From Chiloscyllium plagiosum (taxonomy: Eukaryota): 64,000 nucleotides of DNA. Positions 27,177-38,754 of the stretch are shown piece after piece. Position numbers and translations under genes: made by a program. The notes beneath the pieces were generated by a model, which was not told the origin of the DNA, ran no database searches, and was given only the letters and a program-made list of their open reading frames with translations. Within the stretch, counting starts at the first letter, position 1; each line of letters starts with the position of its first letter. The DNA is taken from positions 53,736,535 to 53,800,534 of the forward strand of contig NC_057728.1 of assembly GCF_004010195.1 (NCBI RefSeq). Direction: 5' to 3'.

Positions 27177-27559
27177 GCTTCCTACTACAATTTTAAACTG
27201 AATCAAAATCACAAGTGACATTCCCTGTGATTATGAGCGAGGTACAAATTCCTTCTCCATTCCTCCTCCTAACCACACCAGTCTCCTCCCATGCCTCTCC
27301 TCCTGCAGAGTGGAACTTTCCTCGTGTGGATCCACCCTTACTATCCAGTTACCTGAAGCCTCCATGGCATAACACACAGTTGCAACATTTACAACATGAG
27401 CTGTAGCAACTCAGCAAAGCTCCTTTGACAGCATCTGCTAATACCTTTAAGCTATATTTCCTATTGTAAGAGCCTGCTGTGAATATAGAATCACTAAATT
27501 GCAGAAGGAGGTCTTTTGGTCCATCAAGTCTGCCCTGATTCTCCAAAGAGCATCCTAAC

Positions 27560-28050
27560 CTGATACCATGATCCTTGTGTATGAGGCTGACTCTTAAATA
27601 TGGCTCTGAAACTTGGACCATATAGACACCACATCAAGACCTTGGAGAGATACTATCAACACTGTTTGAGACAGATTCACCGCTGTGAGGACAGGCATAC
27701 AAATATCAGTATCCTTGAAGAGATCAATAGTACCAGCACCAAGGCCACAATCATCCAAAACCAACTCCATTGAGCCAACCACAGAGGATGCCTAACTGTC
27801 AAAGTAAATCTGCTTCATCCAGCTCAAGGAAGGCACTTCAAGAAACGTCACATAGACATCAACTCTTTGGAGATCTTCATTGAGAAGACACCAACTTGAA
27901 GGAACCTCCTGCACGAAGGGACACAATTGTTTGAGAACACCTGTTGGCAAAAAGTACAAAAGGAAACAGAGAAATGAATACCAATGATCAAGACTAATGA
28001 CCAATCCTACCTCCCATATACTGCCAAACGTGTGGTCAGACATGTGGCTG
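27560..28050 (+). mobile_element. RTE-clade LINE C-terminal fragment
   Basis: Conceptual translation across frameshifts YGSETWTI..HHIKTLERY.Q.CLRQI...TNISILEE...IIQNQL. Confidence 0.7.
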
Positions 28051-28592
28051 TGGTATTAGGTTCATCTAACACACAAGCACTCACAGAACCCAGGACTAGT
28101 GACAGAATTTCCTTGCTGGACAATCATACTTGTTAGCGAGGGATTGCCGGACAATGGCAAGCATAAAAGCATCAAATTCATGGGAATACCACTACCCACA
28201 CTTTACACATTATCCTAAACTATATCATCTTGTTTACTGCTGTTGGACGAAATCCTCCTCAATAGTGTGTGCTGTTACATCACACAGACTGTAGCGTCTT
28301 AAGGAGGTGGTGAGCCACCAACTTCTCGAGGACAAATAAGGATGGGAAATAAGGTGGCCTTGGCAATTATGTATGCACCCCATAAACAATTATAATTGAA
28401 GAAAGGCTTCCTGCTCCCATACTCTGACATCTGGAATTCCCCAAATCCTCTTACTTGTAATATTCTTATAAAATGCCTTGAGGATTTCCTCCTGTCTGCT
28501 AAAGATATTTCATGGTGCCTCTTTGCCCTCCCAATTTCCTTTTTTGAGCAACTCCCCAACACTCTCTATACTATTGAAGAATGGGCTTTCTG

Positions 28593-28811
28593 GAGTCAAG
28601 AGTGTAGTGCTGGAAAAGCACAGCAAGTCAGGCAGCATCCAAAGAGCAGGAGAATTGACGTTTCGATCATAAGCCCATTCATTCATTCCTGATGAAGGAC
28701 TTATGCCCGAAACATCAATTTTCCTGCTCCTCGGATGCTGCCTGACCTGCTGTGCTTTTCCAGCACAACACTCTCGACTCTGATCTCCAGCATCTGCAAT
28801 CCTCACTTTCT
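28593..28811. mobile_element. PLE mini-element as an imperfect inverted repeat, next to a minus-strand CR1 fragment (about 28443-28570)
   Basis: gagtcaagagtgtagtgctggaaaagcacagc... versus ...gctgtgcttttccagcacaacactctcgactc; ctgatga at 28689-28695. Confidence 0.85.
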
Positions 28812-29269
28812 ACTATATGCTTTCTGGACCAAACTCTTACATTCCTGTGCATCCAGATTTCCCTTGACTTGCTGTACTCAGTTTACACTCTTAGAAGGAC
28901 ACACTGACCCTGATTTGTTCCTATAATACTTTTTAAAAACTGCCACTTATGCAATGTAAACGAACCTGCAAGCAGCTGCTGCCAGTCTATGTTTGGCAGG
29001 GGTTGAAAAGTCTGGCGCTGGAATGTGATGAACGGCTTAGGTGAAAAATGTCTTTTCTTCTGCCTCAGATGCTGCCTGACCTGCTGTGATTTCCAACTTA
29101 GATTTCTTCACAGTGTCAAACATTTCAGGTACACACCTGATGCCACTACATGTACCAAATCAGGAAGTGTCTCTTAGTAGATGCTCAACTGACCAGTGAG
29201 TGTGGCTGTCTTGAATACTAGTACAAGTCACACCCACACAAAGAATTTAAAAATTCTCTACTCGGTGTG

Positions 29270-30110
29270 ACTGGAGAGGTGTCTCAGCAGTTGGCATGTC
29301 CGACTGAAGGCCTTCCCACACACGGAACAAGTTAACGGCCTCTCCCCACTGGTGTATCTGCAGGGCTGAGGAATCAGTGAATCCCTTCCCACAGATGGAG
29401 CAGGAGAATGGCCTCTCCCCAGTGTGAGTGTGCTGGTGGGCCTGCAAAGTACACAGCCAGGTGAAGTCCTTCCCTCACACAGAGTAGGTGAACGGCTTCT
29501 GCCCGGTGTGAACCTGGCGGTGGGTCACCAGGGTCGACAGCTGAACTAACGCCTTCCCTCACATGGAGTAGGTGAACGGCTTCTCCCCGGTGTGAACCTG
29601 GCGGTGGGTCACCAGGGTCGACAGCTGAACTAACGCCTTCCCTCACACGGAGTAGGTGAACGGCTTCTCCCCGGTGTGAACCTGCCGGTGGGTCACCAGG
29701 GTCGACGGCTGAACTAACGCCTTCCTCACACGGAGTAGGTGAACGGCTTCTCCCCGGTGTGAACCTGCCGGTGGGTCACTAGGGTGGACAGGTGAACGAA
29801 CGCCTTCCTCACACGGAGCAGGTGAATGGCCTCTCCCCGGTGTAATCACGGCGATGGGATTCAAGCAGACACGGGTATTTGAATTCCTTACCTTAATCCT
29901 TGCATTTCCACGGTTTCTCCATCATGTGGAAATCCTTGTCTCTCTCCAGCTTCGACAATTGGTTGAAAGACCACTCGCACACAGAACATGTTCTGTCTCT
30001 TGCCACTGCGAATGGCTGAATACCCTCTTAAAGCTCTTCTCACAGTCAGTTCACTGGGGCACTCTCACTCAGGTCTGCGTGCCTCAGTCTCACTGATATT
30101 TGAAACCTTT
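29270..30110 (-). pseudogene. Disabled C2H2 (Kruppel-type) zinc-finger gene fragment
   Basis: HTGE[K/R]PF linkers, [18 protein letters not shown]; in-frame stops at second-Cys positions and 1-bp deletions. Confidence 0.9.
29468..29843. repeat. Tandem 84/83-bp zinc-finger-unit repeat, about 4.5 copies
   Basis: gag(t/c)aggtgaa at 29482, 29566, 29650, 29733, 29816. Confidence 0.95.
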
Positions 30111-31443
30111 TGAAGCAGACAGGACAGAAGAGAAATAAAATACCCAGTGAGATTCAAAGGCTGATGATATTCCCATGCCAATGAATCGATTGTCTCTATC
30201 AGATCTTGTTTTGAGATTTCTTGCTGCAATTCCTTCCCTTTCTTATATCAGATGTTGGACAGAGGAAGGAAGTTGCAGTCTGGGGTGAAGCTCTATCTTC
30301 ATTCAGAGAGAGTGGAGCAACAGTAAAAGCTTCAGGAGCTCATTTAGACGACTATCATCAAGGGATATGAAGACACTGTAGGAAAGTAGGTGATCAGCCA
30401 TGATCTATTTGGGTTGACCCAGACATAACGAAATAGGGTCTTTGTTTTGCATTGATGGCTTCACTGAGAAACTGGGGATAGGTCTTCTCCTCAAACCACA
30501 GCATTCACTGTTGCAATAATCTTCTCGGAGAAGTGATAGGTAAAAATCGACATCATGTCCCAAACCTGCTGAGAAAACAGATGTGTAAGGTGCCAAGAGA
30601 TAAAGGCAGGAGAATGGCTGTCAATAAATTGTGTTTTCAGAGAGTCAACCCAGACTCAATTAGATCATGGCTGATCATCTACTTTCCCACAGTGTCTTCA
30701 TATCCCTTGATGATTGTCGTCTCCAGAAATCTATCACTTCTGCCTTAAGAGATTCAATAATTGAGCTTTGGCAGCCTCTGGCTGAGAGAATTCCAAAGAT
30801 TTACCACCTTCAGAGGAAAGATATTCCTAATGTTCTCATTCTTAAATGACCTACCACTTATACAGTGATTATATCTGGTTTTAGACTCGCCGGCCAAGGG
30901 AAACATCCACATCATCTCTGTCACACCTTGTAAGAATTTTGTAAATTTCAGCAAGGTCACCCCTCATTCTTCAGAACTCTTCAGTCACAGGTTCCTTAAT
31001 CCCTTTTCATAGACAACCCTGATATGCCAGTATGTAATTTGGTGGAGTACTGTTGAGTATTGTTTATGGCAAGTCCATCTTCGATAAGGTGACCAAAACC
31101 ATACACAATACTCCACGTGGAGTCTCACAAACGTTTCATACAACTGCAGCAAGACATTTTTACATCTGTACTTAAACTGCATTATGAAGGCCAACAAACC
31201 ATTTACCTCATCAATTGCTTGCAGCACCTGCAAGCCAACATCATGAATTTCGACAACCAGGTCCCTTAAGGCATGTGCACTTCCCACCAATTAAGAAATA
31301 TCCTGCCTTTTTTTCTACCAAACTGAGTAGCTTCAGATTTATTTACATTATATTTAATCAACCATGTTCCAAATCATTCAATTAGCCTGTTCAAAGCTCT
31401 TGAAGCCTCCATCCAAACTCCTCACAATCATGTTATCACTTAG

Positions 31444-31525
31444 AGGGCTTTTGCCCGAAACGTCGATTTTGCCTGTCCTCGGATGCTGCCTGAATTGCTG
31501 TGCTCTTCCAGCACCACTAATCCAG
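31444..31525 (+). mobile_element. 82-bp PLE mini-insertion with 18-bp TSD; hammerhead 5' box lost
   Basis: aatcatgttatcacttag at 31426-31443 and 31526-31543; gggc(tttt)gcccGAAAcGTC retained. Confidence 0.9.
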
Positions 31526-31736
31526 AATCATGTTATCACTTAGTTTGGTGTCATCAGCAAATTTGGAAATATTACAACTGGTTCTCACATCCAAAACATT
31601 TCTGTAGATTGAGAATAGCTGTGGATCCTTGTAGTACTACTGATAAGAACTTGCCATTTTGAGAATAATCCATTTATTCCAACTCTCTGCTTTCTGTTGT
31701 TATTCAGTTATCAAGTCATAATAGTATATTTCTTTT

Positions 31737-32175
31737 GATTTTTTTATTGTCAGATGTACTGAGACATAGTGAAAAGTTTTGTTTTGCATGCAGTACTGGT
31801 AGATCATGCCATACAAAGCACATTAGGGTAATAGAACAGAGTGAGGAATACAATGTTACAGCTGCAGAGAAGGTGCACAAAGAGCAAGATCAACATTTAC
31901 TTTAAAATTTGAGAGATCCATTCAGAAGCCTGATAACAAGGTGGAAGAAGCTGTTCTTGAATCTGTCAGTAGTTGTGGTTCAGCCTTTGTATCCTCTGCA
32001 TAGTAGAAGGGGTTGGAATAAATTATAACTGAGGTGGGAATGGTCTTTGATGATGTTGGTTGTTCTCCTGAGGCAGCGGAAAGTAAAGATGGAACTAATG
32101 AACGGAAGGCTGGATTGTGTGATGGACTGTGCCGTGCTCACATCTCTTTGTAGTTTCTTGAGGTCCTGGGCAGAG
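31737..32175 (-). mobile_element. Rex1/Babar LINE 3' fragment
   Basis: Aligns by eye with 38755-39185. Confidence 0.75.
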
Positions 32176-32487
32176 TTTCCACTGTAGTTTTATTCACTAA
32201 CCTCGTATGTACGAAATTATCAAAATGATTCTGAAAAATGAAATACTCTATGTTCAGTAGTTTTCCTTTATTTATGCTGCAAATGACATCTTCAAGAAAA
32301 ATCCAACAAGTTTATCAAATGTTATTTCCCTTTCATGAATCCATTTTGATTTTGCCCTATTTTACCGGCCTTTACTAAACATTCACTTCTCACATTCTTT
32401 GTTATTGATTCTAACATGTTTCCTTCTGCTGATGTCAAACCAACATGTGTTCCAATCTCCCTCTTCCTCCTTTGTTAAGTAATACAT

Positions 32488-32670
32488 TCGGTTTCCTCCC
32501 ACAGTCCAAAGATGTGCAGGGTCAGGTGAATTGGCCATACTAAATTGCCCGTAGTGTTAGGTAAGGGGTAAATGTAGGGGTATGGGTGGGTTTCACTTCG
32601 GCGGGTCGGTGTGGACTTGTTGGGCCGAAGGGCCTGTTTCCACACTGTAATCTAATCTAATCTAATCTAA
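32488..32670 (+). mobile_element. 5'-truncated HE1 SINE
   Basis: Near-identical to 21094-21274; (CTAAT)n tail. Confidence 0.9.
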
Positions 32671-32689
32671 TTCCACAATGCTGCCATTT

Positions 32690-33395
32690 TGGCACAGAGG
32701 AGTTATATATGACAACACCACACTGGGACTCTGCCCCTCACGCAGACCCTCTCTCACACACTCACACATACTCCCTTCACACTCACACCCACACACGCAC
32801 CCTCTCACAGAATTATACCCCACTACACTCACACACATAGGCATACACTCTCTCACAGACACTCACTCCCACACACATAACCACATGCACACACTCACTC
32901 GGTCTCCCCTGCACATGCACACATACAAGTTTGTGGGGTGAATTTGTACTTGCATAATTACATTTTATTTTGCTCAAGAACTGCATAAATCCATGTATAA
33001 TTCTGTAAATCCCACTTTAGAAATAGAATCAGTCTGACCTAACATTGGGACACAGACAGACTTTAACCTCAGACCTTCAATGCATTATCTGAGCTGAGAT
33101 GGCATCTTGAGATAGTAACTTTAAAATAGTTCTGGGATTTACATATGAAGGAACTGAAACTAACAGTTCGTTCTAAAAGATGAAAGACTTAAGCTAGGTT
33201 TGTTTAATATTATATCCCATGACACTGCAATCCTGTTGCTTTAAATTCTGTGTCATATGATTCTGCTCCATAGCCACCTGATGAAGAAGCAGCACTTTGA
33301 AAGCTAGTGCTTCCAAATAAACCTGTTGGACTATAACCTGGTGATGTGTGATTTTTAACTTTGTTCACCCCAGTCCAACACCAGCTCTTGCAAAT
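32690..33395 (+). mobile_element. Second PLE-like family 3' region with CA-rich tract and hammerhead-like motif
   Basis: cac-CTGATGA-agaagcagcacttt-GAAA-gCTA^-gtg at 33275-33309; downstream aaacctgttggactataacctggtg recurs at 42243-42283. Confidence 0.6.
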
Positions 33396-33574
33396 TGGGT
33401 CTCAGCCCAGTCGCAAAGATTTCTATTTTTGTGACTTCGTTCGTAATTAAAAGATAACACGGACATGGCATTATTTAAGGAGAATTGTTAAAAAACAACG
33501 GTCTAATGGCAAATGGCTCAACACATTCCAAATTCCAGAAGAAAATAGCCCTTTGCAGGAACTTGAACAATTGA

Positions 33575-34050
33575 TTGCTTTAGAGAGGGTGCAGAGGGGA
33601 TTCACCAGGATGTTGCCTGGGCTGGAGTGATTCAGCTATAAACTGAGAGACTCGATAGGCTGGGTGGTTTTCCTTAGAGCAGAGAAAGCTGAAGAGGAAT
33701 CTGATTGAGATGTACATAGTTCTGAGGGGCATAGACAGAGAGAAACATTTCCACTTAATAGAGCGGTGAATAACCAGGGGGCACAGTTTTAAGGTAATGA
33801 ACAAGCGGTTTAGAGGCAATTTGAGGAAAAGTTTTTCCACCCAGAGGGTACTGGGTAATTGGAACTCACTGCCTGAACAGAAGTTGGAGGCAGGAACCCT
33901 CATGACATTTAAGAAGTATTGAGATGAACACATGAAATGCCAGAGAATACAAGACTCTGGGCAAAGTCCTGGAAAAAGGGATTAGAATAGACTTGAAGCT
34001 TGATGACTGGTTTGAACCTGATGGGCCAAACGATCTATTTCCATTCTGTT
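33575..34050 (+). mobile_element. CR1 3' fragment
   Basis: ttagagagggtgcagaggggattcaccaggatgttgcc...cagagggtactgggtaattggaactcactgcc. Confidence 0.8.
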
Positions 34051-34229
34051 TAAAGCCCTAGGACTCTTTCTTCAGAACTTCAAAGAAGCTCTTGAAGAAT
34101 CATATTGGATTCAAAATGTTAACTCTGTTTCTCTGTCTCCACAGACGCTGCCAGACCTGCTGAGTTTCTCCAGTACTTTCTGTTTTCATTTCAGAGCTGT
34201 AGTACCTGCAGTATTTTTCATTTGATAAG

Positions 34230-34500
34230 AAAAGACAGCCTTGCTTTTCTATTGTGCTGTTCACATGTCTCAAAGCACCTCACAGCCAATTAGACCCTTT
34301 TGAAATGTAGTGACTGTAATGATGTTGAAAGCATAGTGGCTAATTTCTCCACTGAGACTCTCACAAACAGTAACGTAATAATAATCAAATTATCTGTTTC
34401 TATGATGTTGATTGAGGGATACACATTGATCAAGACAAGGTTAATTCCACAACTTTTCTTTAAAATAGTGCTGAGAGATCTTCTCCAGCCACCCAAGAGG
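34230..34500 (-). mobile_element. Deu-domain SINE relic
   Basis: Homologous to 15940-16330. Confidence 0.55.
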
Positions 34501-35091
34501 GGAGAGCTTGCAGGTTCCCCTCCAAGCCATCTGGACCTTAGCTCCTACTCTTCACTAGGTCCCTCCCTAACATTACTGTCAAGGCACCTTTATCATATGC
34601 TTTGCCGACTCAAAAATTTCGCATAGCACATCTTCCAAGGGTATGGGCAACAAATGTTGGCCCAGCCACCAATACCCACCTCCCATGAAAGAATGAAGTA
34701 TACGGACTATTGGTTTAACATTTCATCTGTTGGATGGCGCTGTCAACTGCGTAGGACTTCCTCAGTTCTACCCTGGAGTGCCAGGGTGGATTTTTGTGTC
34801 CAAGCCCTGAAGTGAGGCCGAAAATGGGTGACTCAGAAGCAAGTACCAGCTGAACCACGGCTGAGTTCATTGATAAAAATCATTGTCGAGAAATACTAAT
34901 TCTGTTTCCCTTTCCACAGACAGTGCCAGACCTACTGAACATTACAAGGAATCAACTGATCTGACATCTCAGCCTGCTCACTGTTCCCTAATCTGTGTTA
35001 TCTGTTCATTCGGATTAAATTTCAGGCCTCCAATGGCCTGGTGGTATTTTTGCTTGAGTATTAATGAAGAAACTCAGCTGATGTCATAAAG

Positions 35092-35860
35092 CCATAGAGA
35101 TGTAGAGCACAGAAACAGACCATTCGGTCCAACTCGTCCATGCTGACCAGATATCCTAACCTAATCTAGTCCCACCTGCTAGCACCCGGCCCATATCCTT
35201 CCAAACCCTTTCTATTCATATACCCATCCAAATGCTCTTAAATGTTACAATTGTACCAGCCTCCATCACTTCCTCTGGCAGCTCATTCCATACACGTACC
35301 ACCCTCTGCATGAAAAGGTTGCCCCTTAAGTCTCTTTTATATCTTTCCCCTCTCACCCTAAACCTATGCCCCCTAGTTCTGGATTCCCTGACCCCAGGGA
35401 AAAGACTTTGCCTATTTACCTTATCCATGCTCCTCATGATTTTATAAACCTCTATAAGGTCACCCCTCACCCTCTGACGCTCCAGAGAAAACAGCCCCAG
35501 CCTACTCAACCTGTCCATATAGCTCAAATCCTCAAAGCCTGGTAACATCCTTGTAAATCTTTTCTGAACCCTTTTGAGTTTCACAACATCCTTCCACTAG
35601 GAAAGAGACCAGAATTGCATGCAATATTCCAAAAGTGGCCTAACCAATGTCCTGTACAGCTGCAACATGATCTTCCAACTCCTATACTCAATGGTTTGAC
35701 TGTTAAAGGAAAGCATACCAAATACCTTCTTCACTATCCTATCTACCTGCAACTCTACTTTCAAGGAACTATGAATCTGCACTCCAAGGTCTCTTTGATC
35801 AGCAACACTCCCTAGGACATTACTGTGCAGCACCTTGCATTTATCTAACTTAAACTCCAT
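35092..35860 (-). mobile_element. HER1/CR1 3' fragment splitting a SINE (35020-35087 plus 35861-36100)
   Basis: LYRTLVRPLLEYCMQFWS, QRVVRVWNELPEEV. Confidence 0.9.
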
Positions 35861-36773
35861 TCAAATCCTGCCATGGCAGATGGTGGAATTTGAATTCAAT
35901 AAAGAAACTAGAATTAAGGAAGACCATGAACTGATTCTCAGGAATAATCCACCTGGATTTACTAATGACCTTTTGTGGAAGGAAATGTGTCATCCTTAGC
36001 TGGTCTGGTCTTGACCCTTAACTGACCTCTGGGCAATTAGGGATGGGCAGTAACTGCAGGCCTTCCCAGCGATGCCCTCAAACCCATGACTGAACAATTT
36101 TTAAAAACTTAAAAAGGTGTTGAAGTGTTTCATTAAAATCAGTTAATTTTGTACATTTTATTTTTGGTAGAGGTATGTGAACAGAAAATTATGTCCTTAA
36201 ATAAATAGATTTTTCCATACCCGCATATTGAATTCAATTAATGATGCAGTTTACAGAATTACAGCCTCGTGAGAAAGGATAAAAATCTGTCACTGATTAA
36301 TGTTGGTTTCAGATCACTTGATTGCTTGACCCCTGTGACACCAGCTTTTACAGCTTGAACACTTTCACTGATAACCAGTTAAAAGAAGCTGTCTGCCTAC
36401 TCTGAATGTACAATTGGAATTTTGAAAACCATGACTCAATTTCCTGCTGAGAAATGAGCAGATCATAAAAGTGCCTGCTTGTGCCCTTAACCCCATGTTT
36501 TCCTCAGAATTGTTGGTAGGTAATCAGGAGATCCCGTCCCCCAAGAGATTCCAGCTCCAGATCCTCATATTTCCTTGGACACAGAACCAGGAGGAGGCCT
36601 TTGAAATCTTCGCGGCTAGTCAGCCATTTTGTTGACTCAAGCCTGACCTGGACTGCAACTTTATGCACAACAACAATAACTTGCATTTACAGAGCACCTT
36701 TACTTTGGTTAAGTGTTCCCCCAGGATACTTGATGGAAGGGGTTCTCAAAATAACATTTGGTATCGAGCCAGC

Positions 36774-36992
36774 CAGCCAGTTCTGCTATAACGCAGTAGT
36801 TCCTTTCTTGAGCAATCCCGTGTGATAGGAAAATCATGCAACAGCAACTCCATTTAAACTAATGAGGTCAGAATGGCATTATAACCAATACATGCTTTAA
36901 AATATTGTGTTTTAGAAACAGTGTCCTCAATTCATCAATCGTGTTATAGAAAATTTGTGTTGATGAAACGCACATTATAGCAGAGCGACTTG
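36774..36992. mobile_element. Tigger-like MITE
   Basis: Inverted ends ttctgctataacg / cattatagcagag; related copy at 48088-48282. Confidence 0.6.
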
Positions 36993-38330
36993 TTATGTGA
37001 GGCCAGGTAATCAAAAGATTGTTCAAAGAGGTAAGGAACATCTTTGAACGAGGAGGGGTACAGCATTTTTGGGAGGGAATTATTTGGCCGCCAATGATGG
37101 AATGGTGGAAATCAGAGGCAGGAGCAAATTGGAGAATTGGAGGGTTATAGGGCTGGAGGAGAATAATGAGGTAAGGAGGGGGTGACATCATTGAAGGATT
37201 TGAAAACAAGGATGAGAATTTTAAAATTGAGATCTTTACTCCATCCCCTTTGATTGATTGAAGTCATTAAGATCTATCCACCTCTGTGTTGAAAGGCCAA
37301 ATCAGTCTCCAGGAACCTACCTTTAAGGAAAAAGAAACACAGATATTCATAGTCATAAGTAACTGATCTACAATGGTAGATAAAAACAGAACACACCCCT
37401 AAACCCTGCTGCCCAACTCATAATCCAAACCAAGTCTGAAGAAAAGTCATATTGGACTCAAAACATTAACTCTGTGTCTGACTCCACAGATTCAGCATTT
37501 TCTGTGTTTGTTTCATATCTCCAGAATCTGCAGTATTTTATTTGACTGAATAATTCCAAAGAGGGGAGGTAATGTGGCTGAGGGGAAATTCTACAAGAGG
37601 AGACAACTCAAATGATGAAAAAGCAAAAGACCTAGGCCATGCTCTCCATGTAGCAGGCTTCTTTAAATAGAAAGAACAATGTTCCTTTAGGCTCCGATTA
37701 ACCTAGCAGGGCAGCTTCACTGCAGAATATGATTTTGTCACACTGATCACAGACGCTCAGCTTTTTCCATGCCACGTGCCAAGTAGTTACACAATGGTAA
37801 AGTCAGAGACACAAGACAACCCAGTTCCCTGTGAAAAGACATGAAATGTGCTGATACTGCACTTTCACACAGCATGGAAAGTGGGTTGTCTTTCTAAAAG
37901 TGGAGAGTGGTAACTCTTTACTTTCTTGCATCACACTGTCACAGGTAAGCTAGAAGACAGTAAATGATCCCAGCCATATCATGTTATTCATATGTTTAAT
38001 GCATTCAATAGCCACCCCCACAGCCCACGATACTGAAATGACTATTTACATTGATTTAACATCAGGATCCTATGACTTGTTAAAGTGTTTTGCCACCAAT
38101 TCAATGCTTCTCAAATGTAATCTCTATCATAATGTAATCTCTATCATAATGTAAGAAAGGGTGTAGCTAATTTTCACACAGCAATCTCACACAAAATCTG
38201 CAGGAAAATAAATGACCTGATCATCTGTTTTATTAATGTTGTTTAAGGAGGAAATAATATTTAGAATACTTCAGATCTCCTTGGTTTTTCTTCAAAATAA
38301 CACCATGGGATATTGCTCTATCCAATGTAT

Positions 38331-38680
38331 GCAGCACAGTGGCTCAGAGGTAACACTGCTGCCTTAGAATGCCAGGGACCTGGGTTTGATTCCACCCTCA
38401 GGCGACTGTTTGTATGGAATTTGCACATTCTTCTTGTGTCAGCATGGGTTTCCTCCAGGTGCTCTGGTTTCTTGCCACAGTCCAAAGCGTTAGGTGGATT
38501 GGATGTGCTAAATTGTTCATAGTGTCCAGGGATGTGTAGGTTAGGTCACTTAGCCACAGGAAATGCAGGGTTACAGGCGTAGGTTAGGGGATGGGTCTGG
38601 AAGGGATGCTCTTCGGAGGGTTGGTATGGATCTTGATGGGCTGAATGACCTGTTTCCACATACTGTGGGTTTTATGATTC
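38331..38680 (+). mobile_element. HE1-type SINE (older)
   Basis: tRNA head, V domain, tail. Confidence 0.85.
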
Positions 38681-38754
38681 AGTGATCCATGAGATGGCCA
38701 ACGAGTTTTAGCAGCTCATCTAAAAGACAAGTGTGCTGTACTCCCTTCATATTG

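Larger units (their letters stand above)
30660..32480 (-). mobile_element. Old CR1 LINE interrupted by a PLE mini-element and a Rex1 fragment
   Basis: LYETFVRLHVEYCVWFWSPY, KVVNLWNSL. Confidence 0.75.

Noticed and set aside
29374..29646. Repetitive ORF MREGVSSAVDPGDPPPG...
   Set aside because: It is an alternative reading frame of the zinc-finger repeat.
29468..29843. CRISPR-like array
   Set aside because: Contiguous tandem units with no unique spacers; ZNF-derived; eukaryotic context.
29468..29895. Selenocysteine zinc fingers (TGA at Cys positions)
   Set aside because: The neighbouring finger has TAA at the same position, first Cys residues are mutated to Tyr, and two units are frameshifted; a pseudogene is the simpler explanation.
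36504..36686. GC-richer patch with short ORFs on both strands
   Set aside because: No recognisable protein and no consistent splice pair.
38114..38154. 17-bp tandem duplication (and a 16-bp one at 7490-7524)
   Set aside because: Ordinary slippage-type micro-duplications with no inserted element.
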